In this document: one piece after another, positions 26,733 to 39,136 of the stretch | Layout of the letters: every line of letters starts with the position of its first letter | How positions within the stretch are numbered: position 1 is the stretch's first letter | Origin: Octopus sinensis | Taxonomy: Eukaryota | Assembly (NCBI RefSeq): GCF_006345805.1 | Contig: NC_042998.1 | Coordinates: 139,872,001 to 139,936,000 of the forward strand | Direction: 5' to 3' | Length of the DNA: 64,000 bases | Program-made: the position numbers and the translations under genes | The notes under the pieces: model-generated | What the model was told of the DNA's origin: nothing | What the model saw: the letters and a program-made list of their open reading frames with translations, nothing else | The model's database searches: none

Positions 26733-27826
26733 CAGGGTGTCCTGAAATTAAAGCAACTGAAGTTTTGGGCTTTTATATAACCATCAATAAATGCAATAAG
26801 ATATGAAAATTATACATCATTATAAAAGCTTAGTGTGCCATCTTTTTGTTTCAGACTAAATAAATTCAGATTTATAAATTAGAAAATGACTGTAGACCAA
26901 AATGCAATTATAACCTTCCACAAAAGAGGCAAAAGTAAAACAGCTATGGCAAAAAAATCTTTAAATTAACAGAACAACAGTCTGGAAAATTGTAAAGAAA
27001 TTTCAAGAGACTGGTTCCACTGCTGATCGACCTGAATGTGGACAAAAAGGAAGCATGTGAACCCCAGCTTATTAAAAGTACCAGAGAAAAGATATGGCAA
27101 AATCCACATCATTCCGCCAGAAAACTGGCTGCTACAGCAAAAATAAGCCGAACATCGATGTATTGAGTGCTGAAAGAGTATCTCAGGACCCACCCCTACA
27201 AGATGATCCATCATCATGAGCTCTTGCAAGAAGGCCATGAAACTGGAAAGAATTCATATTATCCTGCATCTGATTACTGAAGGCATGCTGTCTAGCCTGC
27301 TGTTCACTGATGGAAAGAAATTTGACATCAAACAGACAGTAAACCACCAGAATGACCAACTATGGAGTGTATCAAAATTCCCAGTCAGTTATGGTTTTGG
27401 TGGCTGTGACAGCCACTGGAAGGTTGCACCACGTTTTTGTGCCCTCAGGTATTAAAGTGAACACCCAGCAATACATTAGTGACATTCTGGAAGCTGAACC
27501 ACTTCCATGGGTGACTGAGTACTTTCAAGGCGAAACCTTGGAGCCTCTAACAGGACTCAGCACCACCACACAGCTCCAAACAGACACAGCACTGGATTCA
27601 GAAAAACATTCCATCATTCATAGGCAAGGATGTATGACCCTCAAGAAGCCCTGATCTTGACCCGTTGGACTTTTCTGTTTGGTTCATTTTGGAGATGACG
27701 ATCTCAAACCCTCCTCATGCTTTGCTCGATGCTCTGAAGGTAAAACTGTGCCAGGAATGGGCTTTGATTCCACAAGTACAGCTGCATGCCACATGTGAAG
27801 CATTCACACCAAGACTTCAGGCTGAA
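26733..27826 (+). mobile_element. Tc1/mariner DD37D (maT-type) transposon relic
   Basis: TA|CAGGGTGTCC left TIR; LFTDGKKF, QDSAPPH, SPDLDPLDFSVW with 37 residues between the 2nd and 3rd Asp; stops and frameshifts; no right TIR seen. Confidence 0.88.
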
Positions 27827-29804
27827 TCTGATTTTGCTATTCATTTGTTCCAGAAAAATTTTAGAAAAATGCTCTCTAAAAATGTTACTAACCTTAAACC
27901 CTAATTGTAACCCTAAACCTTAATTGTAACCCTAAATCCTCTAACTTTCGTTTTTGAATTTTTGCTACAAAAAATGTATTGTTTACATTGATTGAACCAC
28001 AGTAGTATAATGTAGCTTTTTTTTTGTAATTTAATGTACTGGGTTTTTTCTTAAATTTTTGCAAAAATAAAATATTCATCAAGAATTTTTCCTTTTTATT
28101 TTCTCAGTTTCAACATTTCAAATGACTATATTCATTTAAATTTATTAAACTTCTGATTGGGTAAAAATGATCTAACTTTAAACTTTTGTAACATTTTTCT
28201 AAATTTTTTCTAGAACAAGTGAATAACAAAATCAGATTCAATTCAGTGCGCTAAATTTGAAAATTTTCTCTTAATTTTAAAATTTCAAAACCTGTGACAG
28301 CAACAGAAAAGACCTGAAAGAGGTAGACACACAGGCAGTTATAAGACATGGCACGCACATATGCAGACACATACACTGTCATATAGTAGACGTGTGTGTG
28401 CATTTCATTGTGCTGAACAGCTACATATTCTTCATAGCCACCCTTTCCCTTCCTCAATTACTTGGGAGTGTGTGTACATACATGTACCTTTGTATGTATG
28501 CATACATGCAGTGTCCATCATAATATATTTTCATCTATCATCAAACCCTGCCCAATGTTTTGAAATTTCCAAATTTAGACTCTTTAACTTAACTTCTACT
28601 TTACCCCTCTCGTTCAAGTTTAGTGCAACTCAGCCCATACCTCACACCATTATACAACAGTGAAAATAACCAACTGATTGTCAAGAGTTTTATAAGTTAC
28701 TAGCTGAAATACTTGGCGTCACCCAAGTTAAAGACTTAGGGAATAAATGGTAACATTGCAAAGCATTTTATTAATTTATTTAACTTATAATAAATCTTCT
28801 GGGGGAAAAAAAAAAAACGTTCAACACAGTTTAAGACAATTTTTAAAAAATCATTTTCTAAGAATACTTTTTCAGATTTCATTGTTTTAAACATATATGA
28901 TTTTGATGATTCTGCAAAACATTGTAACACAAATTTAAATATTTTCAATCCCCCAATTTCATTCTAAGTGCTACCACCAAACCCTGACCTTAAATCCAAA
29001 ATATAAGGGCCTTATCTCAAAATTCTAATCCCCAACTTGTCTCTAATCCTAAACCCTACTCTGAAATCCTGATGCCAATCCCTGACCCTAAGATTATTTT
29101 TTGTGTAGATCAGTGATCTGATGCTTTCAAAGAATGAACTTTTGGAGAAAAAAATATTGAAAATGAAAAATATCCCCAGGTATATATTTTGAAATGAATG
29201 AGACAAAAATGATAAACACTTGCAATTTGGAAAAAAAACAATGTTTAAAATATAAAAAAATATGAAGGTATTTTCAGAAAAAGATATGGAAGTTACGTAG
29301 GACATTTATCCAATACTTTGTAAAGAAATATTAAAGCACTGGACATACCTAAGCTGTACAATTACAGCAACATGGTTCCTGCAAAGAATTACTGAGGATC
29401 TTTTTTCTTTTTCAGTACAAGTCTTTGATGTGACACTCCAGGTGTTTTCAGTCTGAAGTTGAGAAATTCATTAGTAGCTTTCAGTTTCAGTACACAATTT
29501 CAAAGACTGCAGATGTTGACTCATCATATCTTAGTCTGGTCACAGATATTTCAAGTAGTAAATATATATGTACATATATGTGTGTTGTTAATACACAGAG
29601 ACAAACAGACAGAGAAAGAGAGAAGGAAAGGTGGTAAAAATAGTAGAAATATATAACACACACACACACACACACATGCATACATATATAACAAAAGTAA
29701 ATTATAAATTATGTTTCTTTCAATTGAAAAAGATGAATATATATATATAGGACTACAGGAGAGAAGTGCTCAAATGATATTGAACCAGAGACACCAGGTT
29801 AACA

Positions 29805-30277
29805 AACTTTATATATTCACGCTTCTACACTTCATTACATATAAATGATACCATTGCTTTCAAATGTTAAAAAGACAAACACCAGGTAAAAATCATATAT
29901 AAAAAAATATAAAATACACAGGACCTGCCCAGAAAACATATAAAAATCGCTTAAAAATTATCTAAAAAAGATTATTACAGTAAGTAAATCAACTAAAAAT
30001 TTAAAGAGAAAAGTATACAAAAATAAAATTATACCCAACTATGAAAATTATATATAAAATTTAAAAGTCAATATAGCCGTCGTCCATAATAATTGCAGGA
30101 GCGTGATATGGATCCAATCGGGTTACAAATCCACATCTTTGTGAATCATTTAAAAAATTCCTGTGTATTTTATATTTTTTTTTATATGATTTTTATCTGG
30201 TGTTTGTCTTTTTGATATTTGAAAGCCATGGTACCATTTATATGTAATGAAGTGTAGAAGCGTGGCTATATAAAGTT
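29805..30277. repeat. ~119-bp inverted arms with a ~235-bp AT-rich spacer (foldback/MITE-like)
   Basis: 29805-29923 vs 30159-30277 are diverged reverse complements. Confidence 0.85.
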
Positions 30278-30378
30278 CATTAAACTGAATTCAATGTTTG
30301 CTCTTAAATTATATTATTGATATATATATATATATAATGATCATAATTCTAGGATGAGATTTATAAATATTTAATACA

Positions 30379-30506
30379 TTGCTACATGCGTTTCCACAAA
30401 TCACATGATTTTAACATCAGCATCAGGATCCTTGGGATGAGTGCAGTATAATCTGTATTATCCATGGGCATCCAGTCGATCATCATTGATTCATTTCATC
30501 AGGCAA
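30379..30506 (-). ncRNA. Hammerhead motif, mirror copy of 30656-30786
   Basis: Reverse strand reads ttgc-CTGATGA...tgatttgtg-GAAA-C-GCAT-GTA-gcaa. Confidence 0.58.
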
Positions 30507-30655
30507 CACTACATTATTGGATTAATCACAGTGGGATGTTTATCCCCTCTTGCCAGTATAAAGGCCAATCTACCTATGGCCAGTATGGCTAGATTGACCT
30601 TCATATTGGCAAGAAGGGATAAACATCCTTCTGTGATTAATCCAATAATGCAGTG

Positions 30656-30786
30656 TCACCTGATGAAATGAATCAATGATGATGATTGATCGGATGCCCA
30701 CATATAATACAGACTATACTGTACTAATCCCAAGGATACTAACTCTGATGTTAAAAACATGTGATTTGTGGAAACACGTGTAGTGA
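30656..30786 (+). ncRNA. Hammerhead motif with long helix II insert
   Basis: tcac-CTGATGA(30660-30666)-aatgaatca...tgatttgtg-GAAA(30771-30774)-C-ACGT-GTA-gtga. Confidence 0.6.
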
Positions 30787-31632
30787 TGTATTAGATATTT
30801 ATAAATTCCATCCTAGAATTATTGTTATTATTATATTTATCCTACATTATATTGGAATAACCATGATGCAACCCCCAAAAACTGACTTACTAGTCAGTAT
30901 CATTAGATGGTGACTGGCATAATGAAATAGGAGCTTTATTTGCATACTCCTAACATTACTGTAAACAAATTTAAAAGAATGAATAGCCCTCGCGTAAACC
31001 ACTGGTTCGTTTTGTTCTCTTACTTTATTATCATCTTATAATCATCTCATAATAATGACCTTTATGACTCATATTACTACCTCAGTTAATCTAAATGTAT
31101 ATATTTGTCACTACCTGTCATAAATAGCCTTTTTCTATTTGCAATATGCATTTTCGTTGATTTTTCATATTTTACTCTTACATTTCCACGTGTATTTTAT
31201 AGTTTCTTTTTGTAACATATTTCTACTGTATGTATATATATATCATCATCATTGTCATTTAATATCTGTTATCCATGCTGGCATGGGTTGGATAGTTTAA
31301 CCAGAGCTGACAAGCTGGAGAGCTGCACCAGGCACCAGTCTGATTTGGCATGGTTTCTACAGCTGGATGCCCTTTCTAATGTCAACCCCTTTACAGAGTG
31401 TGCTAGATGTTTTTATGAGGCACTGCATAAACGTTTTTACATGGCATCACCACAAATGCTTTACAGCACCAGCAGGATCGGCCTTAACATTTCTGCTGCA
31501 GGGTATAGGTCTTCTTGAGTATGGCCAGATGCTACATATCTTGATCCTTTGTCATCTCACCTGAAAGGTTCAGCTTCAGTACTTCATCCCATGTCTTTCT
31601 GGGTCTCCTACTTCCATGTGCTCTGTCAAACA

Positions 31633-31670
<38 letters not shown>

Positions 31671-31889
31671 ATACATAAACATTGTTTTGCCAACCTATAT
31701 GATACTATTTTGCCATACTACATATATATTTATATTTCATTTGTAGGTTTCCTACTTTTCAGCACCACTTCATCTCTTAACTGTGTTATTTTTTACTCTT
31801 ATTAACTATTTACAATAAATCCAATACTTCCTTATAAACAATATTATGTGTTTTGCCAGAAGGAGCATAAACAAAAAGATGGTATATTA

Positions 31890-32235
31890 TTGTTAGCTAA
31901 ATTTAAGGGCAATTTGAAAGCATAGTGAGCTGTTCATCAATACCTGAAGAAGCAACAACCAAAGCTGTTGTTAACTTTGGCAATTAACAGCTTAGTGACA
32001 AATCTATTGCCAGTTCCTGAGAGAAGATCCAGAAAAAAAGTCCACCTGCAGGGCAGGACTGCAAGTGAAAGTGAAGAAAAGATCAGGATGTCCCCAATTA
32101 CGTATATAAGTCATAGCACTTTGTATCGACTCATGCATGCATCTTGGGCTTCCTATAAAACTGGAAGAAAATACAAAGTTTTCCAAGCTCTGACCCTGCA
32201 ATATCGTTATTAACACCATCTTGTAAATGCATGTA
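31890..32235 (-). mobile_element. Helitron RepHel relic, internally deleted
   Basis: HLQDGVNND...ELGKLCI/SSFIGSPRCMHESIQSAMTYIRNWGHPDLFFTFTCSP fused directly to PIF1 motifs GLFFLDLLSGTGNRF, ALVVASSGI and TAHYAFKLPLNL. Confidence 0.85.
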
Positions 32236-32683
32236 TGGTAAAAGTTGTTTGTCAAATAGCTAAATGTGAGAGAGGGGGAGGCAGGAGGAAAGAGTGAGAG
32301 GAACGACAAAGGGAGAAGGGGTGAGTACAGTGAGAGAATAAAATGCAAATAGAAAGATAGAGAAAGAGAGAGGTGGGAGAGAAAAAGAAAGTTCTTTTAT
32401 AGGGTACATATATGTGTGTATTTTTTCCGTCTTATCCAATGTGTCCTTTCGTTTATTGAATGTTAGCGTGTGACATTGAGGGAGGTTTGGCTGTTATTTC
32501 CAGCAGGATGAGCAACTACGCAGATTATCGGAGAGAGAGAGAGGTGGTGTGTTGACGATCTGAACGACAACTTATGTAAACTTACCAATCCCCTACCACT
32601 GAATATCGATTTCTTACACCTTTTTCTTTCTTTTTAATCCTTAAATGATCCCTTACCTATCATTTGGGTTTTATACGTTTTAC

Positions 32684-32723
<40 letters not shown>

Positions 32724-33408
32724 GTATGTATGTACCTGAGTGTGAATGTATCTCTGTGATAGACAGAGGAAACGCTGCATGTGAACAACTGTTGTCAAAT
32801 TACCGACCTCCTCTCTCCTTGAAGACTTATTCTTCACACTCACCTCTCTTTTCCTTCCTCAACATTTAAAAGTTAAATATGCGTATACGTATTGGTGTCT
32901 GTATATGTATGTGTGTGCGCGTGTGTGTACGTATCTGTGTATTTGCGTATGTACGTACGAATGTATGTAGCGTCTGTCATAATATATTTTCCTCTTGCAC
33001 CAAGCCCCGCCCACCGCTTGGAAATTTCCAAATTTAGATTCCGTAACTTAACTTCTACCTTACTCTTCTCATTCAAGTTCAATGCTACTCAGTCCACACC
33101 TCTCCGATTCCGTATGCCAAAGCCAAAATAGCCGTCTAGAGTTTTGAGTTACAGGGATAGGGATAGCGTAGAACACACACACACATATATATATACTGTT
33201 GCTATTATGCAAAAGTGTCGTAAGTCCAAAACGGTTGCTTTTTCAGAAAAAGAAAAAATAGTTTCACCATTCCATAGTAAAACCGTTGTACTACACTTGG
33301 ACAATTTTTGATATCTTGGCATCTGAAGCAGCTGGAGATACCATAGTTTGACCAAAAGAACCGGCTATTGCAAGCAAAAATAAATATTGAAAGTAACGCA
33401 TGGGCAAA

Positions 33409-33498
33409 TTTGGACATACGACAGTTTAGCACAATAGCAACGATTATATACATATATATATAATCGTTGCTATTGTGCTAAACTGTCGTATGTCCAAA
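33409..33498. repeat. Short palindrome with ~42-bp arms centred on a TA tract
   Basis: tttggacatacgacagtttagcacaatagcaacgat / atcgttgctattgtgctaaactgtcgtatgtccaaa. Confidence 0.92.
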
Positions 33499-33516
33499 GA
33501 TATATATATATATATA

Positions 33517-33904
33517 TCTTTATATATAAAAGTCAAGTTGTGTGTCTGTCTCCTACGATTTAGATTCCTAACTACTCCCACATTTTGCGGTGCAGTTTAA
33601 CCAAAACCGGGTATCTTATAGTCGTCATTCATATCGAGCCCTTCTGGGTATTAGCGCGCGTCTACGATGAGTCTACGATTAAAAAAAAAAATTACCATCA
33701 TTTTTTTCCCATTTTAATGCATTTTTTCGCTATTATATAAGGGAAGTAACTCTCTAAAAATGTCTACGATGCGTCAACGATTAAAAAGAAATTTACCATA
33801 ATTTTTTTTCCATTTTTAATGCATTTTTTTTGCTATAACTCTCTAAAAATGCTTATATAGTTATTTCCCTTACAAATCCGAGCAACGCCGGGCGATACTG
33901 CTAG
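33517..33904 (+). mobile_element. Non-autonomous Helitron
   Basis: 5' TC after A, 3' GC-rich hairpin ccgagcaacgccggg followed by CTAG|T; many intact CpGs. Confidence 0.8.
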
Positions 33905-34745
33905 TATATATATATATATGTATATATATATATAGTTCAAATTTATAGAAAAACAAAGGTGTAGGAACAACAAACAAGTGTATTAGTTTGACACTCGGGG
34001 AAAAATGGAAAAGTCTTTTGCGTTTCGAGATTACGTTCTTCGACAGAAAAGAATAAGAGGAAATAGAGAGACAATTAATAAAAAACGTGTTGAGTTCAGT
34101 GCTTCAACATATAACCACATATATGTGTGGTGGGTTGTTATATAACCCCAGGTCTGGTGTAATTGAGTAGACCTGGTGCATGTCTCGTTAATATAAGGGC
34201 ACAACTGCAGATTGATGCCTCACCGAGTTTGTTTCTGTACAAGTTTCTGAGGAACACATGTTTAATGAAATTTTACAAATTTGATTTAAACATCTGCATT
34301 CCGCAGAAAGTTACATTTCCGAGTGTGAAGATTACGATTATATTGATAACGCTATTACTTTTTTTTTTTTTTAGGTGTTTCGTGTCCTTTCCGACTTCGT
34401 TTTCTAATAAATCTATTTAGAATGCGTATTTCTAAACACCTTGCTGACATTCATTTTCGTGAGTGTAGATTATGCACTGAAAGCTGCTAAAATTACGGAA
34501 ATCACTGGGAAGTAAAGAATTAGAAACCCCTCAGTTATTAAATATTTTTTAAAATTTCAACATATTCGCAATGTACCTTCAATAACGAATATGTAAAAAT
34601 TCCTTTTAAAAATAACCATTGTTATAACGAAACAAAGCCGGTGTCTGGAAAAATTCTTTAAAAAACAGAAAATTTCTCTTTTAGAGAAAGTTATAAAGAA
34701 ACAGAGTGGGGCGCTAATCTGTCGTGCCTACTTTAGTTTCCGGCT

Positions 34746-34893
34746 CTACTTAAATACAGAGGTCCCGATGCATCTACATAACGATGTTTTTACACGCATA
34801 CTCGTTAGGGTTAGTTTTAGTGTTTGTTAGGGTTAAAGTTAGTTTTTAAGGTTACGGTTACGTAGATGCGTCGAGACCTCTGTATTTAAGTAG
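34746..34893. mobile_element. MITE with ~35-bp TIRs and a telomere-like TTAGGG interior
   Basis: ctacttaaatacagaggtc...gacctctgtatttaagtag flanking gttagggtta repeats. Confidence 0.75.
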
Positions 34894-35229
34894 CACCAAG
34901 TTTCCTTTGTATATCTTGAAGATAGTGGATTATAATTCGAGAGAAATTTAGAAGGGTCGTGGGGATAGAGCCCTATGGAGGATGTGCCTGAAGACTACCC
35001 ACACGACCCTCCCAGGAAGAGTGAGCGGAAGAAGAGGAGATCTAGCTGCTGTGTCTAGCCAGTTGAGCGACCACGCAGAGGTTATGCTTGTGGTATGAGA
35101 ATTGGCAGAGGAAACGTCTTAAAATGAAAGCAATAAAAAAATGCAAGTGAATATAAGGGAGGTAATAAGGTGAGAGCGTCTCAGTTGGAACTCTCTGCAA
35201 TTAAAGGAGGATTTTAAACCGAAGTAAAA

Positions 35230-35454
35230 GCGTCCTTGGCAACAAACACTCTTTCAGATTTGATATTTTCGATTGATTTGAAGCAAATATTTTTCATTTA
35301 AAGAAAAAATTTAATAATACGAAGATACCATATATTTTGAGAAAATCATTAATTGGATAAATGTTTCTAAATATAAAGTGTCTAAGTTAGTAAAGGAAAA
35401 ACAAATACACATTAATCGGTGCTTTGACGTGTTATTTGTGGTTGTCGTGGAAAC
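35230..35454 (+). promoter_or_regulatory. Two RFX/X-box-like motifs: GCGTCCTTGGCAAC (35230-35243) and GTTGTCGTGGAAAC (35441-35454)
   Basis: Both resemble the X-box consensus GTTNCCATGGNAAC. They lie in a CpG-retaining zone upstream of a centrosomal gene and are followed by a candidate donor CAG|GTTAGT at 35499. Confidence 0.45.
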
Positions 35455-35673
35455 GCAGTGACAGTTGGCAAGAAGTAAAAATATATATTTATATTCAGGT
35501 TAGTGATATGAAAAATATATAACTAGCCTGCTAAAAGGCAAAATAAAATCAGAACTTGTTTATATTTAATGTTTTCTTATGAATTTGAATTTTTTCTTGA
35601 GAATTTTCTTAAGAAATTGAATTTTTTTCTAACACTTAGTTTTATCGTTCGTTTGAAATTATACATGTGTGTG

Positions 35674-35717
<44 letters not shown>

Positions 35718-35723
35718 ATATAT

Positions 35724-35778
<55 letters not shown>

Positions 35779-36080
35779 TATATATATATGGCCATATTGA
35801 TTCTCCATTCCTGATCGCAGTTTCAAGCAAATATTTTATGAATTTGTATTAAAGGATAAATTGGAACAAAATTAGGTTTGTTTTAATGGATCTTGCACTT
35901 GTTTATGTTTACAAGAGAGATTTTAACTTCACTGAATTTTATATTCTTATCTTTAATAGTAAGGAATGAGGACAATTAACTGGTTGTTGTTTATAATTAG
36001 TAGTTTATAAAAATGTTTGTTATTCCAGGTTGCTATTGTTTATATTATTTTGTTATTGTTGTTGATATAACGTACTTATA

Positions 36081-36489
36081 CCGTAAATCCTCGAGTATAA
36101 TCCGCACTTTTTTCCCAAAATTTAAAGGTCAAAATCCCTAGTGCGTACTATATACGAGGTTAAAAATGAAAATTATTTTCTAAGCAATGTCCGGGTCTCT
36201 ATTTGCGAAAATACCTTCAGTCATCCATAACTTGCAGTTAGTTACATTTATTAAACGTTATTTCTTTATTTTCTGCAAACAAAATGCACAAAAGGTTACA
36301 CGTTTGCATTATGTTATATATACAATAATAATAAAGGACATTAACGTATACATTTTTACAAACCAAGCACGTTATATAGACCTCCTTGACTCAAGTTAGA
36401 GAAGGGGTACGTATTATACACAAGGTTTAGGTTTTTCAGAGGTACAGCCCCCTAAAAATCCCCTGCGTATTATACTCGAGGATTTACGG
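36081..36489. mobile_element. Tc2/pogo-like MITE
   Basis: TA|CCGTAAATCCTCGAGTATAA ... TTATACTCGAGGATTTACGG TIRs. Confidence 0.8.
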
Positions 36490-38625
36490 TTTATACGTGA
36501 TATGTAAATAAGAATTGGCCGTGAAAGGCTCTCTATTGTTTATGTGTCTTTGCGTGGAATTTATTTTAACATTTGCGACGAATTAGAAACGATAAACCAG
36601 CTAATAACATGCAAAAAAAAAAAAAAATCAAGAAAGTAAGTGGGACATATTATTAAAGATGAAGGAATGTAGGAAAATATTGCGTAGAATATGCTTTAGG
36701 AAAGCAAGAAGGAACATTAAAAAAGTGAAGAAGCAAAGAAGTATCTTTGGAAATGAAGAGGGTGACAAAGAAAGAGGAGAAAGTTTGGGGCAATAGAATG
36801 GCTTGCACCCAGATAACGTGCTTATTGGCGATAGTGACGCGGGCAATAATACAATAACGGAACCTAGGTTTGGTCTCAGGGTTACGATTAGGCCGAGAAT
36901 AAAAATAAATTGGCGAAAGTAAAGAATACGCATACTAGGCGGTTAAGGTTACGCTGAAGCAGGCGGTGTGCGTATTCTTTACCTCCATTAATAAATTAGC
37001 AACTTTTTTTGTAGGAGTGCACTTGTAACCATATGTTTCTTAAGTTCAAGTTTAGAAAGATTAAATGGCCAATGGGACAAGCTTTTCAATTTAATTTAAG
37101 AGTCGTGAAATCACTCCTGCCTCAAACTTTTCTTTCTAACCCCTGAGGACATATACACTGTACATGCTTTGACTCACTGAGGAGAATTTATATATACTAA
37201 CGCCGTGTTGACGCTGAAATGCCGAACACACCGTCTTTTTATACAGACATAGATGATCTAGAACTGCATTTTCTGATGTATCTTTGATTTTATTTAACGA
37301 CCGTAATGTGTACTTTGCGGATGAGTAGGCTGTTATAACAGAAACAGAAGTTATACTTTGAAATCTACTGTATTTGAATGACATATAAAACGCGCTGTTT
37401 TCAAAACGAAATTAAAAACCATCTTCAAAAATCACCCCGGAATCCTATATACGGGTAGTTTTTCGTTGACATTTCTTTTGATTCTAGGATAGTTGGACCT
37501 CCCATAATTTGTTCCTGTACTCACTTTTTCCTGAATAAATCAGGTTACGTCTAATATGGCCGAGTCTCTTTTATGCCATCGAATACGGTATTTATAGCTG
37601 GTCACAAGTCAAATATAGGACCTGGGTTGATTTTTCTGAGGTATTTTTCGGGGGTGGGAGGAATGTGCATCGGCAAGATTTCTTTTGTACCCCATCCCAA
37701 AACACCCCTTTATTTTATTTTTTATTTTCTATACAAACCCTCGTTTTCGGCTATGGAGAATACGAATTGGCAAAAATCGGCATTTTGAAATTACCCCCAC
37801 CCTCTTTTTTTTAAGATTTTTTTTTTTTTAATATGCGGAAAAATACGGAGATTATGATTCTGAATAAAATTTCCAAAAATTTTTGTAAAATTTTTTTTCA
37901 CAATATGCGGGAAAATACGGAAATTATGATTCTGAAACAAAAAGGGTTAGGGAAAAAAGTGAAAAATGAAGAAATTGGGGGAAGGGTGCCGAAATTTCAA
38001 AATGCTGGTTTTTGACAATTTTCCGGAATCTCCGTATCGGAAAAACGGGGTTTTTTTTTACCCCCCCCCCAAAAAAAAATGGGGGGGGGGAGGAAGTCTT
38101 TCCTGTGCATCTTATATGCCATCAAATATGGTACTGAATATCACTTAACTATGTAAAGGAAGTGGAGTCAATACCTAAGAAAATTACTCTATTGACTATG
38201 TTGATAGAAAATATTAATTATTTCAAATATTCTATGGATTTGTAGATTGGCCTGAGACAGAGGGCAAGTTCTTCCTGCGTTTGTTTAATAGCGAGGTGAA
38301 TTAATGAAAATTGCTTACCAAAAACGTTATCCTAGGTAAGTTTATAAAGTTATCAATGTTAAATATTTGAGGGAAATGAAATTTATCACAAAACCCCAAG
38401 GCTAAAATTGTTATTTAACATATTGCTAATTATTTGAGGTTGGTAGATTGACAGAAATAACGATTAATACTAAAAGACGGCAAGCTGGCAGAATCGTTAG
38501 CACGCCAGACGAAATTCTCAGCAGCATTTCCTCTGTCTTTCCGTTCTGACTTCTGATAGGTCGACTTTACCTTTCACCCTTTCTGAATTGAGGAAATAGG
38601 TACCTGTGGAGCACTGGAGTTGATG

Positions 38626-39040
38626 CAGGGCCGGTTTAAGACCCATCGAGGCCCTAAGCACTTAAAAAATTTTGGTACTCCCATAACAGATTATGTAATT
38701 CAAAATATAAACAATAACAAACCATAAAATAAATTTTTATTTTTCAATACGAAACAAATCAGTAAGAGGGAAAATAATGTTTATTTTTGTAAACTTCCAC
38801 TTTATTTATATTTGAAAAGTTCCCTCCTGCTTTTTTGAATTGCAAAGTCTTTGATCAGATCCTCAAAATGAATCTTAGATAACACGTCTGCATCTAATCT
38901 TAGTACAGATAAAGGTATCCTGAATATTATTATAGAAAGTTTAAAGTGATTACTTTTGTGCCGTAAGCCATTTACCATTTCTGTGGTGCCCCCTCCTTCC
39001 CTTGATGCCCTAAACACATGTTTATTTTGCTTAACGGTCA
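38626..39040 (-). mobile_element. hAT relic with C-terminal dimerisation-region remnant
   Basis: CAGGGCCGG terminus; minus-strand LRLDADVLSKIHFEDLIKDFAIQKSRR. Confidence 0.65.
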
Positions 39041-39136
39041 ATCAATGAAGAAAGAAAATTAGTAAAAACAAAAATAAAAATAAAGAATAAACCCCTGAAG
39101 GTATGAATAAAGAAAATAAGGAAAAGAAAAAAGAAG

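Larger units (their letters stand above)
30343..30822. repeat. Old diverged ~480-bp palindrome next to (TA)n
   Basis: ataattctaggatg.../...catcctagaattat outer ends; inner segments also pair (aaggccaatcta/tagattgacctt). Confidence 0.9.
32400..38600. promoter_or_regulatory. CpG-retaining (likely unmethylated) promoter/intergenic domain
   Basis: By eye, CG dinucleotides are frequent in non-repeat sequence here and scarce in non-repeat sequence on both flanks (not computed). Confidence 0.5.

Noticed and set aside
27880-27950. Interstitial telomere (aaccctaa-like repeats; also 34805-34860)
   Set aside because: Short degenerate units inside MITE-like elements rather than a true (TTAGGG)n array.
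33945-34070. Hammerhead-like CTGTCGA...GAAAC segment (also the half motif at 6520-6545 and relics at ~9672-9750, ~12818, ~50916)
   Set aside because: Core non-canonical or no NUH/helix I; possibly PLE-terminal relics but not supportable as ribozymes.
34975-35058. 27-aa ORF ending KKRRSSCCV (prenylation-like)
   Set aside because: Too short, not a proper CaaX, no homology recognised.
36628-37384. Minus-strand ORFs of 101 and 82 aa in the CpG-retaining zone
   Set aside because: No recognisable domain or splice support; the hydrophobic bias is explained by a purine-rich plus strand.
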